In this document: piece by piece, positions 50,763 to 62,575 of the stretch
Layout of the letters: every line of letters begins with the position of its first letter
How positions within the stretch are numbered: the stretch's first letter is position 1
NCBI GenBank assembly: GCA_040954595.2
Contig: JBECUI020000031.1
Span: 124,001 to 188,000, forward strand
Source of the DNA: Balanoglossus misakiensis
Lineage: Eukaryota > Animalia > Hemichordata
DNA: 64,000 bases
Direction of reading: 5' to 3'
Position numbers and translations under genes: made by a program
The notes under the pieces: generated by a model
Databases searched by the model: none
Seen by the model: only the letters and a program-made list of their open reading frames with translations
What the model was told of the DNA's origin: nothing

Positions 50763-51391
50763 TCAAGGACGGCTCTGGGGAATCAGGGCCGTTCCGTCAA
50801 AGGGGCATACATCGCTCTCCAGATCGTAGAAGATTGCATCGTCCTCTGGACAGCGCTTGTAACGGCCCTCATGCAAAAAGTTAATCTGCTTTATCCCCCA
50901 TGAGCCATCCAAACCAGGGCATAAATTCCCAGTTCCTCATCGATTCCTCCCAAGTAGCCATCGCTTTTAACCTGCACTTCAAGAACCTGTCCATCGCTCA
51001 AGGTCAGGGTGGCCGGGGTATAAAAGGGTAGAGTTCCGCCATAGGTCCCATGAAATTCAATGCTGCGAATTTTCTGGAAGGGAAGTGAATAGGGTTATCA
51101 TTCCCTGTTCACCCCCTCGCCTGAACCAGAAATAGAATTTTTCTTCTTCAAGGTTTCCTTCTACAGGCCTGTTCTCAAACCATCGCTTTCAGGCCAGGGA
51201 AGGGCCGATCCGTCAAAGACGGCCACGGCAAACAAACGGTAGTCTTCCCCTTGAGAATCAAGCAGTTGAATAGCATAAAAAGGATCGTATCGGAGCCCAT
51301 CGGCGAATACCAGAGAAGGAATCTCTTCCTGAGCCCAAAGCTTAGGGGAAAAGAGAAGTCCCAAGAATAGCAACAGTCGATAAGGTTTCAT
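50763..51391 (-). pseudogene. Exported hypothetical protein, frameshifted
   Basis: Signal peptide MKPYRLLLFLGLLFSPKLWA; protein-like continuation in other frames (LPFQKIRSIEF...DGYLGGIDEELG...CPEDDAIFY...CPFDGTAL). Confidence 0.55.
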
Positions 51392-53232
51392 TTGAGTATT
51401 TCAGTACCTTGAAAACCACCATGGTATCAGGAATATCAAGTCCCTTGAGAGTTAGGAGTACCTCCGTTCCCAGCTCCAGATCTGTTTGAAGAGGAATATG
51501 GTTCTCCAAGGCAAGTTCGGGAATCAGGAAAATGCCATGGATGTCTCTTTTATCCACAAGAATCGCCCGTCCCTGCCAATTAGGATGATAGCTAAGGTAG
51601 ATCAACTTCCAGTGCAAATTGGATATCCGTTCCGCCTGGATGAGATTCCCGATAAGGCTATCGTAAGCAACAAGCCTTTCCAAGACCTCCTCAGCACTCA
51701 GAACCTTCTTGCCTGCAAGAAAGGCCCGAATCTGCTGGGAAACAAGAAGATCCGGGTAACGCCGGAGCGGACTGGTCACCCGGCTGTAACCCATAAGTCC
51801 CAATCCTGCATGAAGTCCGGGGCCAGGGTTGTGCTACTCCGCTTCATGAAGCGGCGCAGCCTGTACTGCCCGGGAAGATCGTCTTCTCCTATCAAGTCGG
51901 ATTTGCTTTTGGGAAGATCGGGAGAAGGCTGCACGGCATAGGGAATGGGTACTTGCCGTTCCTGACAATACTTCACCACCCCATGTCCGACCAGGAGCAT
52001 GGCCTCGGTTACCATTCTCCTGCTCTTTAGATCAGGGAGTTGGGTTAAAGTTGGCTGGCCATTACTAACAGAAATTTTTATTTTCGGTAGATTGATAGAA
52101 ATGGCCCCGGAGGCCTGTCGAGCCGCCATGAAGGCCTTGGCAAAGCCATACATGGAGGCAAAAGGTTCCCTATCCATTTGCTCATTGACCTCGGCATAGC
52201 TAAGGCGCAGCACCTTGACCAGGAGGGTTCCACCCGGAAATCTTCTATAGTCCCTCCTTTTCCTGGAATAAAGGAATAAGACAGGGCCGGAGAAACTTCC
52301 TGAATTCCCAGCCCCATACGGCGGGTGACCTCTGGAGGGAGCATGGGAACTACACCTCCAGGCAAATAGAGACTGCTGCCCCGTTCCCGGGCTATAATGT
52401 CTGCCTTGGAATCCGCCGGAATAAGGGCAGCCACATCGGCAACATGGACCCAAAAACGCTCTTTGTCCCAAGAAATAGCATCATCAGGGTCGGTGTTGCC
52501 TGCATCATCGATGGCAAAGGCTTCTAAATGCCGCAGATCCAGGCGCGGTTCCTCTGGCAGAGGAAGCAGTTCGCAGGAGGGGGTGTCTAGGGGAATACCA
52601 AATCTGAGAGGATGGGGGTTCCAGAACTTTTTTTTGATATTCAGCTGAATAAGGCAACGGTGCGCGTTAGCTGGAGTTTGAATTTTTCCAAGAGCCTTGA
52701 GGATTCTAGAGCCCTTGTTCTTTCCCAGGGCAAGCATTTCTAAATCTCTTAAATAAGTCTCGTCCTCTTTAGGATCAGCCTTACCAACTTGAAGGCGTTC
52801 TAAGAAGGATTCCCACTGCTTTTCCGCATTTTTTTTCTCTCTGACTGCTTTTTCCTGAGCCGCTACCTTTCCCGGGGACAGTACCATTATGTTATCGGGG
52901 CTGCCCTGGAACCAGGGAGTACGGTTAAGGAGCTTAAAGGTCATCCAGGCCGTCTCGGGAGTCCATGCACCATAAACCAGCTCCGCCAGTTCCATCAGGG
53001 TAGGAGATTCCCCCTGTAGCAGTTCCCAAGCCTCCTTAGGCTGCCCTTCTCCCATCACCGATTCCAAATCAGGATAGCGGGGTACAGGTCCGGGGTGAAG
53101 AAAGATAACATCTTTTTCCCTTACGCTCCTGGTCTTACCAGTAGGAAGGCGTATTTCTACCTTGTCTCCAACGGCGGTTACCAGGGCAGGAGCCTGCTTG
53201 TAGAGAACTAGACTATTTTTTATTGGCTTCAT
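51342..53232 (-). pseudogene. RNB-domain ribonuclease (RNase II/R family) in three frameshifted pieces
   Basis: AIDD....DPDDAIS, VHVADV, RG.SLYLP...PMLP, MV.EAML, Y...TSPLRRY.DL. Confidence 0.85.
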
Positions 53233-55230
53233 AGGTACTCTGTAAAACTGCAAAAGCTAAGTGAACATCTTCTAAGAATTTGGAAAGTTCTTGATTGCCC
53301 TTCTGGGCAGCTTTTTCCAAAATCATGACCTTCTCGGCCAAAAAATCGGCCATTACATTAAGGGCCCCGCCTCTGAGAGTGTGCATCTCCCTATGCAGAC
53401 ATGAGTAGTCTTTTTGAGCCAGGGCCTTATCGATAAGAGACAGCCGCTTGGTGGTATTTTCTATAAATCCTTCAATAATTTCTCGAACCAGTTCTTTATC
53501 ACCACCCATTTCCTCAAGAAAATCATTATAGCGGAAATCTGTGGGAATGGATTCTGTATCTTGTTTATTCTCCAGAGGAGGCGGTGAAAACGCATTGTTC
53601 CCCTGCTGTACCCAGGCGCTCAGCTTTGCCCGTAAATCGTCCCGGTACAGGGGTTTGGTAATAAAATCATCCATGCCCACTGCCAGACATTGGGTTCTAT
53701 CTTGAGGACTTGTGCTTGCCGTCATTCCAACGATAGGAAGCTTTAAACCACGAGAACGCAGTATTTTTGTGGCCTCCAGCCCGTTCATGTCCGGCATGTG
53801 CACATCCATGAGTACAAGATCATAATCCTGGGTTTCCATCTTTTCCAAGGCTTCCAAACCAGTTGCCGCCACAAAACCATGGCAGCCGAAGTCCTTGAGA
53901 TGATGCATAACAATTTCTTGGTTAATCTCGTAATCTTCCACAGAAGCACACGAAAATCCTTAAGACTATCGGAAGAAACGGAACGACGGGAAAGAGAAAA
54001 GTTCGGTGCCTCCAGGGGACTGGCCTTTTCAAACCATAAGGTAAAGGAAAAAATACTCCCCTTTCCCACCTGACTTTCCAATGCCAGTTCTCCTCCCATA
54101 AGGGCCACCAACTCATGAGTAATGGCCATTCCCAGACCTGTACCCCCATAACGCCTGTAGATACTGGAATCAGCCTGTTCAAATCTCTGAAAAACCGCTG
54201 CTTTTTTATCTTGAGAAATTCCAATGCCCGTATCAGCAATCTGAAACTTTATCTCTACAGTGTTCTCCCTTTCTCCCACCAAAAAAATTTCCAGGGCTAC
54301 TTCTCCCCAATCGGTAAATTTTATAGCATTGGACAGAAGATTCGTAAGAATCTGACGCAGTCTAAGGGGATCGCCGTTGAGCCAGGAAGGCAGACCTGGA
54401 GCCAAGTGCTGCCGATAATGCAATCCCTTTTTCTCCATCCCGACACGCAGCGGCCCTACGGTTTCTTCAAAACCTGCTCAAAACTAAAGGGAATCAGTTC
54501 CAATTGGATTTTCTTGGCCTCCAGTCGAGAGAATTCCAGAAAATGATTGAGTAGACGCAGCAAACTGTTAGTTTCATCGAATATTTTTTTGGGATAACTT
54601 CTATAAGATTCCAATTTTTCCGAATCCATCATAATTTCCGAATAACCAAGAATTCCGCTTAGGGGGGTGCGGATTTCATGGGACATGGTAGCCAGAAAAA
54701 GGCTTTTAAAGGCATTGGCTTCTTCAGCCTCGGCCTTGGCCTGCCTGGAAGCCATAAGTGCAGATTTCAGCCTTTCCACCGCCAGAACTCTATCGGTAAC
54801 ATCCCGGATGAAACCCTCAATATAGGCCTCATCTTCCAAGTAACACAGAAGAGCCTGTGCCCAAAACGTGGTTCCGTCTCTTCGCCCGCATTCTGGCTGA
54901 GAAGGAACAGCTCCCTGCCACCCTCATTCTTTCCAACGGGGAAAAGTTGCTAAGAATCCCAAATTTTCCAGGGGAGGCATTGACAACGGTTTTAAAATCT
55001 TCAATCGAATCATATCCACATATTCTTGCGGCTACCAGATTGGCTTTGAGAAGATGCTTATCCTTTGACCGAATCACAAATAATCCCGTTGGGTCCATTT
55101 CCATAAGATTTTGCAAAGATTGTTCTGCTTCCTGATTTTGCTTTTTCAGAAAAAGAATTTCTTGCTCTACAGTTTTCAAGTCTGCCATCAGTGCTGTATT
55201 CAGGTTTTTTCTATTACTTCCGTAACCCAT
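53213..55230 (-). pseudogene. Hybrid sensor histidine kinase (PAS-like/HisKA/HATPase/REC/Hpt) in four frameshifted pieces
   Basis: FLATMSHEIRTPL, GDPLRLRQIL.NL.SNAIKFT, DTGIG, GGTGLG, MDVHMP.MNG, KP, HTLRG. Confidence 0.85.
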
Positions 55231-55364
55231 GGGGATCCCCTGATCAGTCTAACACGAAACTTAAAAAGGTCCATTCCTGTAACTGTTGCATGTAGAAAAT
55301 ACTCTAAAGACAACCTACCTTCCATGAAAAGAATGGCTGATTGGAGGGTTGTTGACAAGGGGTT

Positions 55365-56690
55365 TTAATTTGTCAAGGCAGCAACCGCTGCGCCAATAAG
55401 AGGAGCATTTTCCACCCGGACAATCTCATAGTAGCTACCGCGGGAGTTAAGGAAAGGTTGTAAAAGTCCTTCAACCCTCTGGCGGAAACGATAGTAGGCA
55501 TAATAGGTGGTACCGTCTATGTTCAGGCATACAGGTTTTAAAGGGGTTGGGCCCCCTTTACTCTTAAGGATAACCGAGGCTATGACGATTACCGTGAGCC
55601 GAGCCGCCCGTTCCAGCAGAGCATCCACAAGAAACCAGAGACGCTGGGCATCGGCCACCGTTCCCGATTGTTTCATCAGTGCCGCCAGGGGATTGTTCAT
55701 GTCATGGGGATTGTGGAGGTAGTTGTCGGTGTCCCGAGTGCTAAGGGGCCCAAGAATTCTTAGAGCTTCCACAGCTGCAGGGCTGAAAAGCTCCTGTGCA
55801 GCCAGGGCAATTGTGTGAGCAGCCAAGGCTCCAAAGTATTCCCCTGCAACCATTTTCTCCAACAGAGATTTCCCGGGATAGACAGTATTGGAATCAAGAA
55901 TCTCATCGGCTTTTCCCTGGGAAACAGAGGAAAAGAATCCAGACTCCACATTGATAATTTGGTGCTGCCGGGGATCAAGTCCCTTTACCTTGCCCAGTGC
56001 TGCGTTGGTTTCGGAATAGCAGCAGTTTGTTCCAGTACCTAAAATAAAACCGATGTAACGATCCCACTGCTTATGCTCCATGGAGGCTTTCCCAGCCAGT
56101 AGGGTTGCCACGGTATCGTTAAGAATCACTACCTCTGGAGGGGATGACACCCCAAGTTCGAAGAAAGCCTGCCTTAGTTCTTCACCGATTTTCTTTCCCA
56201 CCACTCCTGGGGCCCGCATTTCCTTGGTACAACGAATAAGCTCCCCATCCCGATTGGGGTACATATGTGTGGGGTAGGAAAAACAGAAACCAATTTTATC
56301 TCCTCTATTGATGAGAGGCCGAAGATACTCCGCCAAGGTAGAGAAAAATTCTTCCGACGAGACTTCTTTGTCCGTGCCGGGCATGGTATATCTGCTGTAA
56401 TTCTGAATTATGGGGCCACCGTCTTCGCCAAAGGAAAGCAGGGCTACCCGCAGGTTGGTACCTCCGGCATCCAGCACAGCCACCTGCTGTCCCCGGGGGA
56501 TGATCACATCGGCGTTGAGGTAAGTGGGAAGCATACCTAAGGTAGTTTCCTTCCCTGCCAACCCCTGCTCCATTTCTTTGAGGAAGCTGTTAACCATTGA
56601 TTCCAGGTCAAGTTCCTGGGGATGCATTCCTACTTTTCTCAAGAAACGATCTACATGGCTTTTTTCACTCACCATAACGTAGCTCTTCAC
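55365..56690 (-). CDS. Hexokinase (eukaryote-type family also found in spirochaetes and Bacteroidota)
   Basis: L.MLPTY, LDAGGTNLRV, GFCFSYP, NDTVATL, ILGTGTNC.Y.E, IN.ESG, EKM..G.Y.G, DG, GAA. Confidence 0.9.
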   Translation of the reverse strand: MKSYVMVSEKSHVDRFLRKVGMHPQELDLESMVNSFLKEMEQGLAGKETTLGMLPTYLNADVIIPRGQQVAVLDAGGTNLRVALLSFGEDGGPIIQNYSRYTMPGTDKEVSSEEFFSTLAEYLRPLINRGDKIGFCFSYPTHMYPNRDGELIRCTKEMRAPGVVGKKIGEELRQAFFELGVSSPPEVVILNDTVATLLAGKASMEHKQWDRYIGFILGTGTNCCYSETNAALGKVKGLDPRQHQIINVESGFFSSVSQGKADEILDSNTVYPGKSLLEKMVAGEYFGALAAHTIALAAQELFSPAAVEALRILGPLSTRDTDNYLHNPHDMNNPLAALMKQSGTVADAQRLWFLVDALLERAARLTVIVIASVILKSKGGPTPLKPVCLNIDGTTYYAYYRFRQRVEGLLQPFLNSRGSYYEIVRVENAPLIGAAVAALTN

Positions 56691-57057
56691 CTTTCACCCT
56701 GAAGTATGGCAATAAAAGGAGAAATAGACAAGAGCAACAAAGGTTTACAATTTGTGCATAAAAGTTTTTTCTGAGGTCAGCATCGTTCCCTGTGTCAATG
56801 CCTGAGCTATACTACGTGTGAAGCACCTCCCCATCTCAGTTGAAGTCGATTCGCTGGCTGGCCAAGGGCTTGAGTCAAGTCCGCCACGGTCTTTATCCCT
56901 TTAGCCAGTTCGGCAATTATCTCCTCTAAACTATCTTCACTAAGGAGAACACTGTTCACCTTAGTTCCTCGTTGCCAAGTTTTGCTTATTAAAAATGAGG
57001 CAGTTCACGATTTCCTTTACAAATTTACTTTGTCTACGATTCACTCCGCAGGAAAAA

Positions 57058-57086
57058 TGGAGGGTAAATCTTCATCACCCTCCATA
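57058..57086. terminator. Hairpin downstream of the 1695-aa lipoprotein gene
   Basis: atggagggt-N11-accctccat, followed by a T run on the minus strand. Confidence 0.6.
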
Positions 57087-57207
57087 AGACTAGTATGCCA
57101 ATACCAGCCTACCCCGCTTTTTTACATCAATTTCGGATGGGAGGCACCACCTCTCCTACCTGAGGCAAGCAGCAGGTCAAGAACCCTGTTCCCACGAATC
57201 TGAGATC

Positions 57208-60200
57208 CTAGGGGCCTGTCTTAGAATCAAGCTGTTCACCAAAATATTCCTTATCAATGGTGTCCCAGAGGCTCGGCCATTTACCATCTCCGATCCAGAC
57301 CAGATCTCCCAGCTGATCCGGTAAACCATCACCATCACCATCCGTGCCATTACCAAAAGACGGTTGAAAGTCAACATTCTGGAAAATCTCGACACCACCT
57401 GTTGTTGCCGGATTTCCATCATCAGCATAGTAGGTATAGGAACCCGCCGTCCCCCTTCGTTCCAGATTTGCTTCTTGGCTGACTTCAGAGACAACACCTC
57501 CTGATCCATTGCTACCAGACCCAAAAGTATTTAAGGGTAGTCCTGATGCAAAAGTATCACCTGCTGAGTTTCGATCAAAATGGGCGTCCATAACAACGTC
57601 ATTGTCATTTATTCCAACAAGAGCACCTATATTGGTATTGGTACTACCTGCCTTCCGTGTTACGGTAGCCGTTGAATAACCGCTGAATGTTCCAACTTTA
57701 TTTGCCCCGACTAATCCCCCAACAGTAACTTCGCCAAGTACAGATCCTAGATTATAACCTGCGGTAACTCCATGATCCTCGGCTACAAGTCCCCCAACAA
57801 CGTTATTTCCAGTAACCGTAGAGGCCACATACCCAATTACTTCACCAGTGCCTCCATTGTATCCTGATCTAAAATTATATGATGCAAGCCCACCAACATA
57901 ATTAAAACCTTGTATGGATGCTGTATCTGAAACGTAACCAATGACCATGCCGCCTAGATTGTTCACCACCAAACCTCCCACTAAAGAACCAGACGAATTG
58001 ATGGTACCCTCCATAGAACCAATTATCACACCCGGGAACTCGTTGACTCCAACCAAACCACCCGCTTGATCGGAAGTCTCCATCGTACCACGCATTACTC
58101 CTTTTACCGTGCCGCGATTCAATCCAACTAGTCCACCGACTCTCGTCCCTCCTGTCATCGTGCCTGTTACCACCCCCCGTATGTTACCTCCATCATTCAT
58201 ACCTACCAAACCGCCAGAAGAATTTTGTGTAATTTCTACTTCTGCTTCACTTTCCACATCGTAAAGATTTCCATCCCCATCGACAAAACCGGCAATTCCT
58301 CCAACAAAAGTCCCTGTCCCTCCGCTGAGAGTGGTGGTATTGGATCCCGTTACTGTACTACCTGTCCGTGAAACAATCTGCACACTGACATTGCTTATTG
58401 TGCCTGCATAGAGACGGCCTACAACCACACCAGCTACAAAAGTTGCTTGAATATAAGGATCAACAAAATCAATATCACTAACCACAACCTTATCCGCACT
58501 GTCGGCTTCTATTGCTCCAAAAAGTCCCACATCAGGCATATAAAAGCCGTCTATATACAAATTGGTAATTTTGAAGCGTCCACCTCCAGTTTTGGCACCT
58601 GTCAGAGTTCCGGTAAACCTGTTCATATCCGAACCAACGGGAAAGAATCCCGGAAACTCTTGAATGCCGTATGTTCCCGCTTCAGGCATAGTAATGTCTG
58701 TTTTCAAGCTGTAGTCATTCGACAGGTTGTTCCTCATTGCCTGCAAGTCACGCCACGAATAAATATCGCCGCTTGCGCTTTTAGGTCTGTTTATTGTGAC
58801 GACTCCGCGGTTGTACAAAGGAGACTCTGATACATGCAATTCTATTGTTACAAAGTTACCCAGACTCTCCCAATGCTGCGCATGAGTCATTGACGGTCCA
58901 ATACCCACACGGTTATCATCAGTGCGAACAATCAACGCTGTATTACTATCATAGACAACAGTCTGGGAGATGGTGTTTCGGATAAGCATCCTTGCCGACA
59001 CATCTGATCCATCAGTCATATCAGTTAACGTTATGAGGAAGGGATTATCAATGTCGCCAATGCTGAAATATTGCTGCGAGAGTGCTTCAAGTTCATTTTT
59101 GTAAGCAAAGTTTGGTGTTACTGTAATAGTCATGTATGCCAAACTATTATCGATGTAGTTCACAGATTCGGAACTAGCAGTAACAACAATGTCAAAGAGA
59201 CCGGCAGGAACACTATCTGTAAGCGTTACGGTCCCATCCGAGGTAACAGAGATACCACCATCCATGGAGTAGTTAGAATCCGCCGCAGCGACACTATAGG
59301 TGATTTGTGCTTCCTGAGGAAGGTTTGTCGTTGCTATAGCATAGCTGTCTTGCGTACCCTTTGCTATGGTAACCGGTGTGTCATAGTCAAAGCTATACGA
59401 AGCCAGGGACTTCGGATTCACGGTAAGGACTAGCTCTATTACCGAGCTACCATGGTAATTGGCACTGGTGGGAACGGCAGTCACGGCAACATTGTAGCTA
59501 CCGGCAGCAATAAAATCGCTTACATTGATAGCTCCTCCATTGAAAGAAATGCCTATTCCTATATCCAAAGTTTCGTTTGGATCAGCAGCACTAATGCTAT
59601 AGGTTACGTTGGCATTCGTAGGAATATTTGATCCCAGTATCGAATAGCTTTTTGACTCCTTGTACTCTGCCGGTTCTATGTTACCATAGGTAAAGAGGTG
59701 CTCGCTTATGGAGACAGACACCACTTCCAATACCACATCAACTGTTACGGTGCCGCTGTAGTTATTGTTACCAGGTGTTGCCATTACTGTAAGAGCATAG
59801 GTGCCAACAGAACGAGATTGGTGGATGCCTACAGCGCCTTCAATAGTAATTCCTATCCACGCAGTATCATCATCTGGATTAGTCGCCTGGATGCTATAGC
59901 GTACATCGGCATCGTCGGGAATGGTCGTCTGTATGGGATACAATGTTGCAGTACCATACACAGCTGATTCGGAGGTGTCATAGGTCAAAACGTATTGATT
60001 CAAGGCTTGTGGTTCTATGCTTATTACGGCTGTTGCTGCCAGAACGCCTAGATGCTGGTCGCTCAATGCTTCAATATCTATTTGATAATCTCCCGCTGGT
60101 ATTGTGTCCGAAAGGATTATGCTCCCTTTAGCCGCATCCCCATCAATGATATTAAGAGAGAATCCTGGATTGAGAATACTCTGACCTGAAGCTCGTACGT

Positions 60201-62295
60201 TGGTCATAGAATAGTTTAGTTCGTTATTCTGGAACCCTGTAGTGCTCGGGGGGTAGTTACGGGCAACACCGTATTGGGCCGGATCTCCACTTGTGTCATA
60301 CGACAGACTGCCACTGATGTTAGGTAGTATCACTGTCACTGCGATACTATCGCTTTTGTTACTATCTACGCTGGAAGTCACGGTAATAATGCTCTCGCCT
60401 TCTGCTCCCTGTGTAGCAAAAGTGCCCATAGCATCTACCGTAATAATTCCAGGCATGCTGCTACTCCAGTCAACTTCCTCCGACACGTTCTCTGCTTCAA
60501 CACTTGCCGTCAGGGGTAAGGCATCTCCATGAGTAATCTCCACTGTTTCGGGAGCCGTAGATCCATCCAAAATCAAAAGCACATCAATAACACCGTTACT
60601 TCGTAGAACAACGGTGCTGCTCCAATCGCTAAACTTTGCCGTATTGTCGGGATTGATAGCCCTGACCCTGATTTCATAGTCAAGAGCACTACCTAAATTT
60701 TCAATTGTTATTGTTTGATCTGTGAGAGAAGCATCCTCAGGCTCAATCCATTCACTACTCCCTAGCTCTCGATAATTAACGGAATACAAAGATTCTGTCC
60801 CTTCATCACCGTTAATCTTTTTCCCATGGCTTACTGGCTGCCAACTCAGCTCCAGAACATTCGTACTCTGAGTCCCGATATCTTTTACAATACCGTCTGG
60901 AATTCCCGGAACCGTAGAGCTATCTGTGGATATCGTCGTGCTTACCGTTTGCACCGTCCCTAGAGATGAAGCCCCTTCACTGTTTGTTGCGCGTACCACA
61001 ACAAAGTACGTAGTTTCAGGACTGAGGGAGTCAATGACAATCTGAGTGTCCTGATTGTCAGTGTCTACCTGCAAGTTTCCCTGTATAGCGATTGCTTCGG
61101 CTGTATCAAATGTCGGAGACAGATAGACATCGTAGGTGGTATCCAGTTCATAACCACGGCTGTCCCGGCCTTTTGGCACCGCTGTCCATTCCAGGGTTAT
61201 AGACCGTTCTTCCTGTTTGCTCAGAAGAATACTTCCAACAGCTGCTGGTGCTGAAGCAAGAGAAAGCGTGGTAACCTGGAACAATTCGCTTGCTGCCCCT
61301 TCCAGACCTTGGGGCAACACATTGCTGGTAGCGGTTATCCTCAGGGCATAACTGCTATCTCCAACAAGGTCGCGAATTGCTGCAGAAGTTATGTTACCAT
61401 TGACATTCAGGGTGTTTAGGTCAGGATCCGTTGTTGCTATTGTCGTTCCTTCTTTCCAATAAACAGTGTATTGGGTAATGCTGGCAGGTTCTTCTTCTGA
61501 AAGATTTCCTGCCAATGCAGCCTTCCAGCTAAGGGAGAGTAGAGCTGTGGCACCATCGACGGAGGCAGAAGAAGAAGCACTGAGTTCTGTTGGTGGTCCC
61601 GGTGCTTGCAGTAGTCCTGTGGGTATTCCCCAAATAATGCCAGCAGCGGCCGTACCGTTTGCATTGATTGCCGCCACACTGAAGGCATAATTGACATTAT
61701 TGACCAAGCCTTCAATATGCAAGGTTTTGCTATCGTTATCCCCACTTTCTATAACTCCATCATAGGGGAGCATCTCCGTTGCGTTCTGACCATAGTATAC
61801 CTCGTAACCAGCTATAGGTTGGCCGTTATCCTGCGGCTCTGTCCATCTCAGCCAGACTTCTGTATCGCCAACAAAAATTTGCAGATCATCTATCCGATCT
61901 GGAACAATTATGGTCCTTACCTCCTCAAGAACTACGTCCTCAGACTGACCTCCTTCTGTAACAAGAGCAACAGCTATGCTGTACCCTGATCCGGAGAATA
62001 ATTCTGTTATGGTATAAAGAGACCTCCCATCCTCATCTGTCTCTATATCATTTACAGTCGGTTTTTTGACAATAGGACTTCTATTTTCTGTAGAGCTTAG
62101 AGTAATAATATAATTGGTAATCTCTATCTCTTCTGGAGCTATCCAACCTATTTTGATACTACTCCCCATAACTTCCACGACGCTCAGATCTGCGATGGGG
62201 GGAATTTCCTCAGGCTGTTCATCCGCGCATGAAAGTAAAACGAGAGCTAGTATCAGACAGCTCATTATTTCCCTAAAACGACGATATTGACTCAT
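57208..62295 (-). CDS. Giant (1695 aa) surface lipoprotein with Fn3 domains, Ig-like/cadherin-like modules and GLUG-type repeats
   Basis: Lipobox LLSC; five Fn3-like units (e.g. W..P.DNG.PI.GY, L.P.T.Y...VRA.N), Big_2-like V.WSSS...I.TVD..G, GGLVG repeats, DGDGDGLPD. Confidence 0.85.
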   Translation of the reverse strand: MSQYRRFREIMSCLILALVLLSCADEQPEEIPPIADLSVVEVMGSSIKIGWIAPEEIEITNYIITLSSTENRSPIVKKPTVNDIETDEDGRSLYTITELFSGSGYSIAVALVTEGGQSEDVVLEEVRTIIVPDRIDDLQIFVGDTEVWLRWTEPQDNGQPIAGYEVYYGQNATEMLPYDGVIESGDNDSKTLHIEGLVNNVNYAFSVAAINANGTAAAGIIWGIPTGLLQAPGPPTELSASSSASVDGATALLSLSWKAALAGNLSEEEPASITQYTVYWKEGTTIATTDPDLNTLNVNGNITSAAIRDLVGDSSYALRITATSNVLPQGLEGAASELFQVTTLSLASAPAAVGSILLSKQEERSITLEWTAVPKGRDSRGYELDTTYDVYLSPTFDTAEAIAIQGNLQVDTDNQDTQIVIDSLSPETTYFVVVRATNSEGASSLGTVQTVSTTISTDSSTVPGIPDGIVKDIGTQSTNVLELSWQPVSHGKKINGDEGTESLYSVNYRELGSSEWIEPEDASLTDQTITIENLGSALDYEIRVRAINPDNTAKFSDWSSTVVLRSNGVIDVLLILDGSTAPETVEITHGDALPLTASVEAENVSEEVDWSSSMPGIITVDAMGTFATQGAEGESIITVTSSVDSNKSDSIAVTVILPNISGSLSYDTSGDPAQYGVARNYPPSTTGFQNNELNYSMTNVRASGQSILNPGFSLNIIDGDAAKGSIILSDTIPAGDYQIDIEALSDQHLGVLAATAVISIEPQALNQYVLTYDTSESAVYGTATLYPIQTTIPDDADVRYSIQATNPDDDTAWIGITIEGAVGIHQSRSVGTYALTVMATPGNNNYSGTVTVDVVLEVVSVSISEHLFTYGNIEPAEYKESKSYSILGSNIPTNANVTYSISAADPNETLDIGIGISFNGGAINVSDFIAAGSYNVAVTAVPTSANYHGSSVIELVLTVNPKSLASYSFDYDTPVTIAKGTQDSYAIATTNLPQEAQITYSVAAADSNYSMDGGISVTSDGTVTLTDSVPAGLFDIVVTASSESVNYIDNSLAYMTITVTPNFAYKNELEALSQQYFSIGDIDNPFLITLTDMTDGSDVSARMLIRNTISQTVVYDSNTALIVRTDDNRVGIGPSMTHAQHWESLGNFVTIELHVSESPLYNRGVVTINRPKSASGDIYSWRDLQAMRNNLSNDYSLKTDITMPEAGTYGIQEFPGFFPVGSDMNRFTGTLTGAKTGGGRFKITNLYIDGFYMPDVGLFGAIEADSADKVVVSDIDFVDPYIQATFVAGVVVGRLYAGTISNVSVQIVSRTGSTVTGSNTTTLSGGTGTFVGGIAGFVDGDGNLYDVESEAEVEITQNSSGGLVGMNDGGNIRGVVTGTMTGGTRVGGLVGLNRGTVKGVMRGTMETSDQAGGLVGVNEFPGVIIGSMEGTINSSGSLVGGLVVNNLGGMVIGYVSDTASIQGFNYVGGLASYNFRSGYNGGTGEVIGYVASTVTGNNVVGGLVAEDHGVTAGYNLGSVLGEVTVGGLVGANKVGTFSGYSTATVTRKAGSTNTNIGALVGINDNDVVMDAHFDRNSAGDTFASGLPLNTFGSGSNGSGGVVSEVSQEANLERRGTAGSYTYYADDGNPATTGGVEIFQNVDFQPSFGNGTDGDGDGLPDQLGDLVWIGDGKWPSLWDTIDKEYFGEQLDSKTGP

Positions 62296-62575
62296 TGCGA
62301 CCTGCCTCTAATCCATCTGTCTATAGAAGGATTTTTTAAACTGAAACAAAATTAAGTATAAGATGGGTTAAATCACATTTCAAATTTATGCCTATAAAGC
62401 GTATAGTTTATTTTTATATAGTGGCTATTACTTTTCTGACAATGAAATATAGAGGGCGTTTTACACAAAGCAGGAGATGGGTTCAAGGATAGGCCCCCCC
62501 TTAGCAAGATACGGTGAGACAAGGGGATTTTTTTATTGGTAGGCAGGAGTGCTAAGTTCTTGGAGACCTTGCCTC

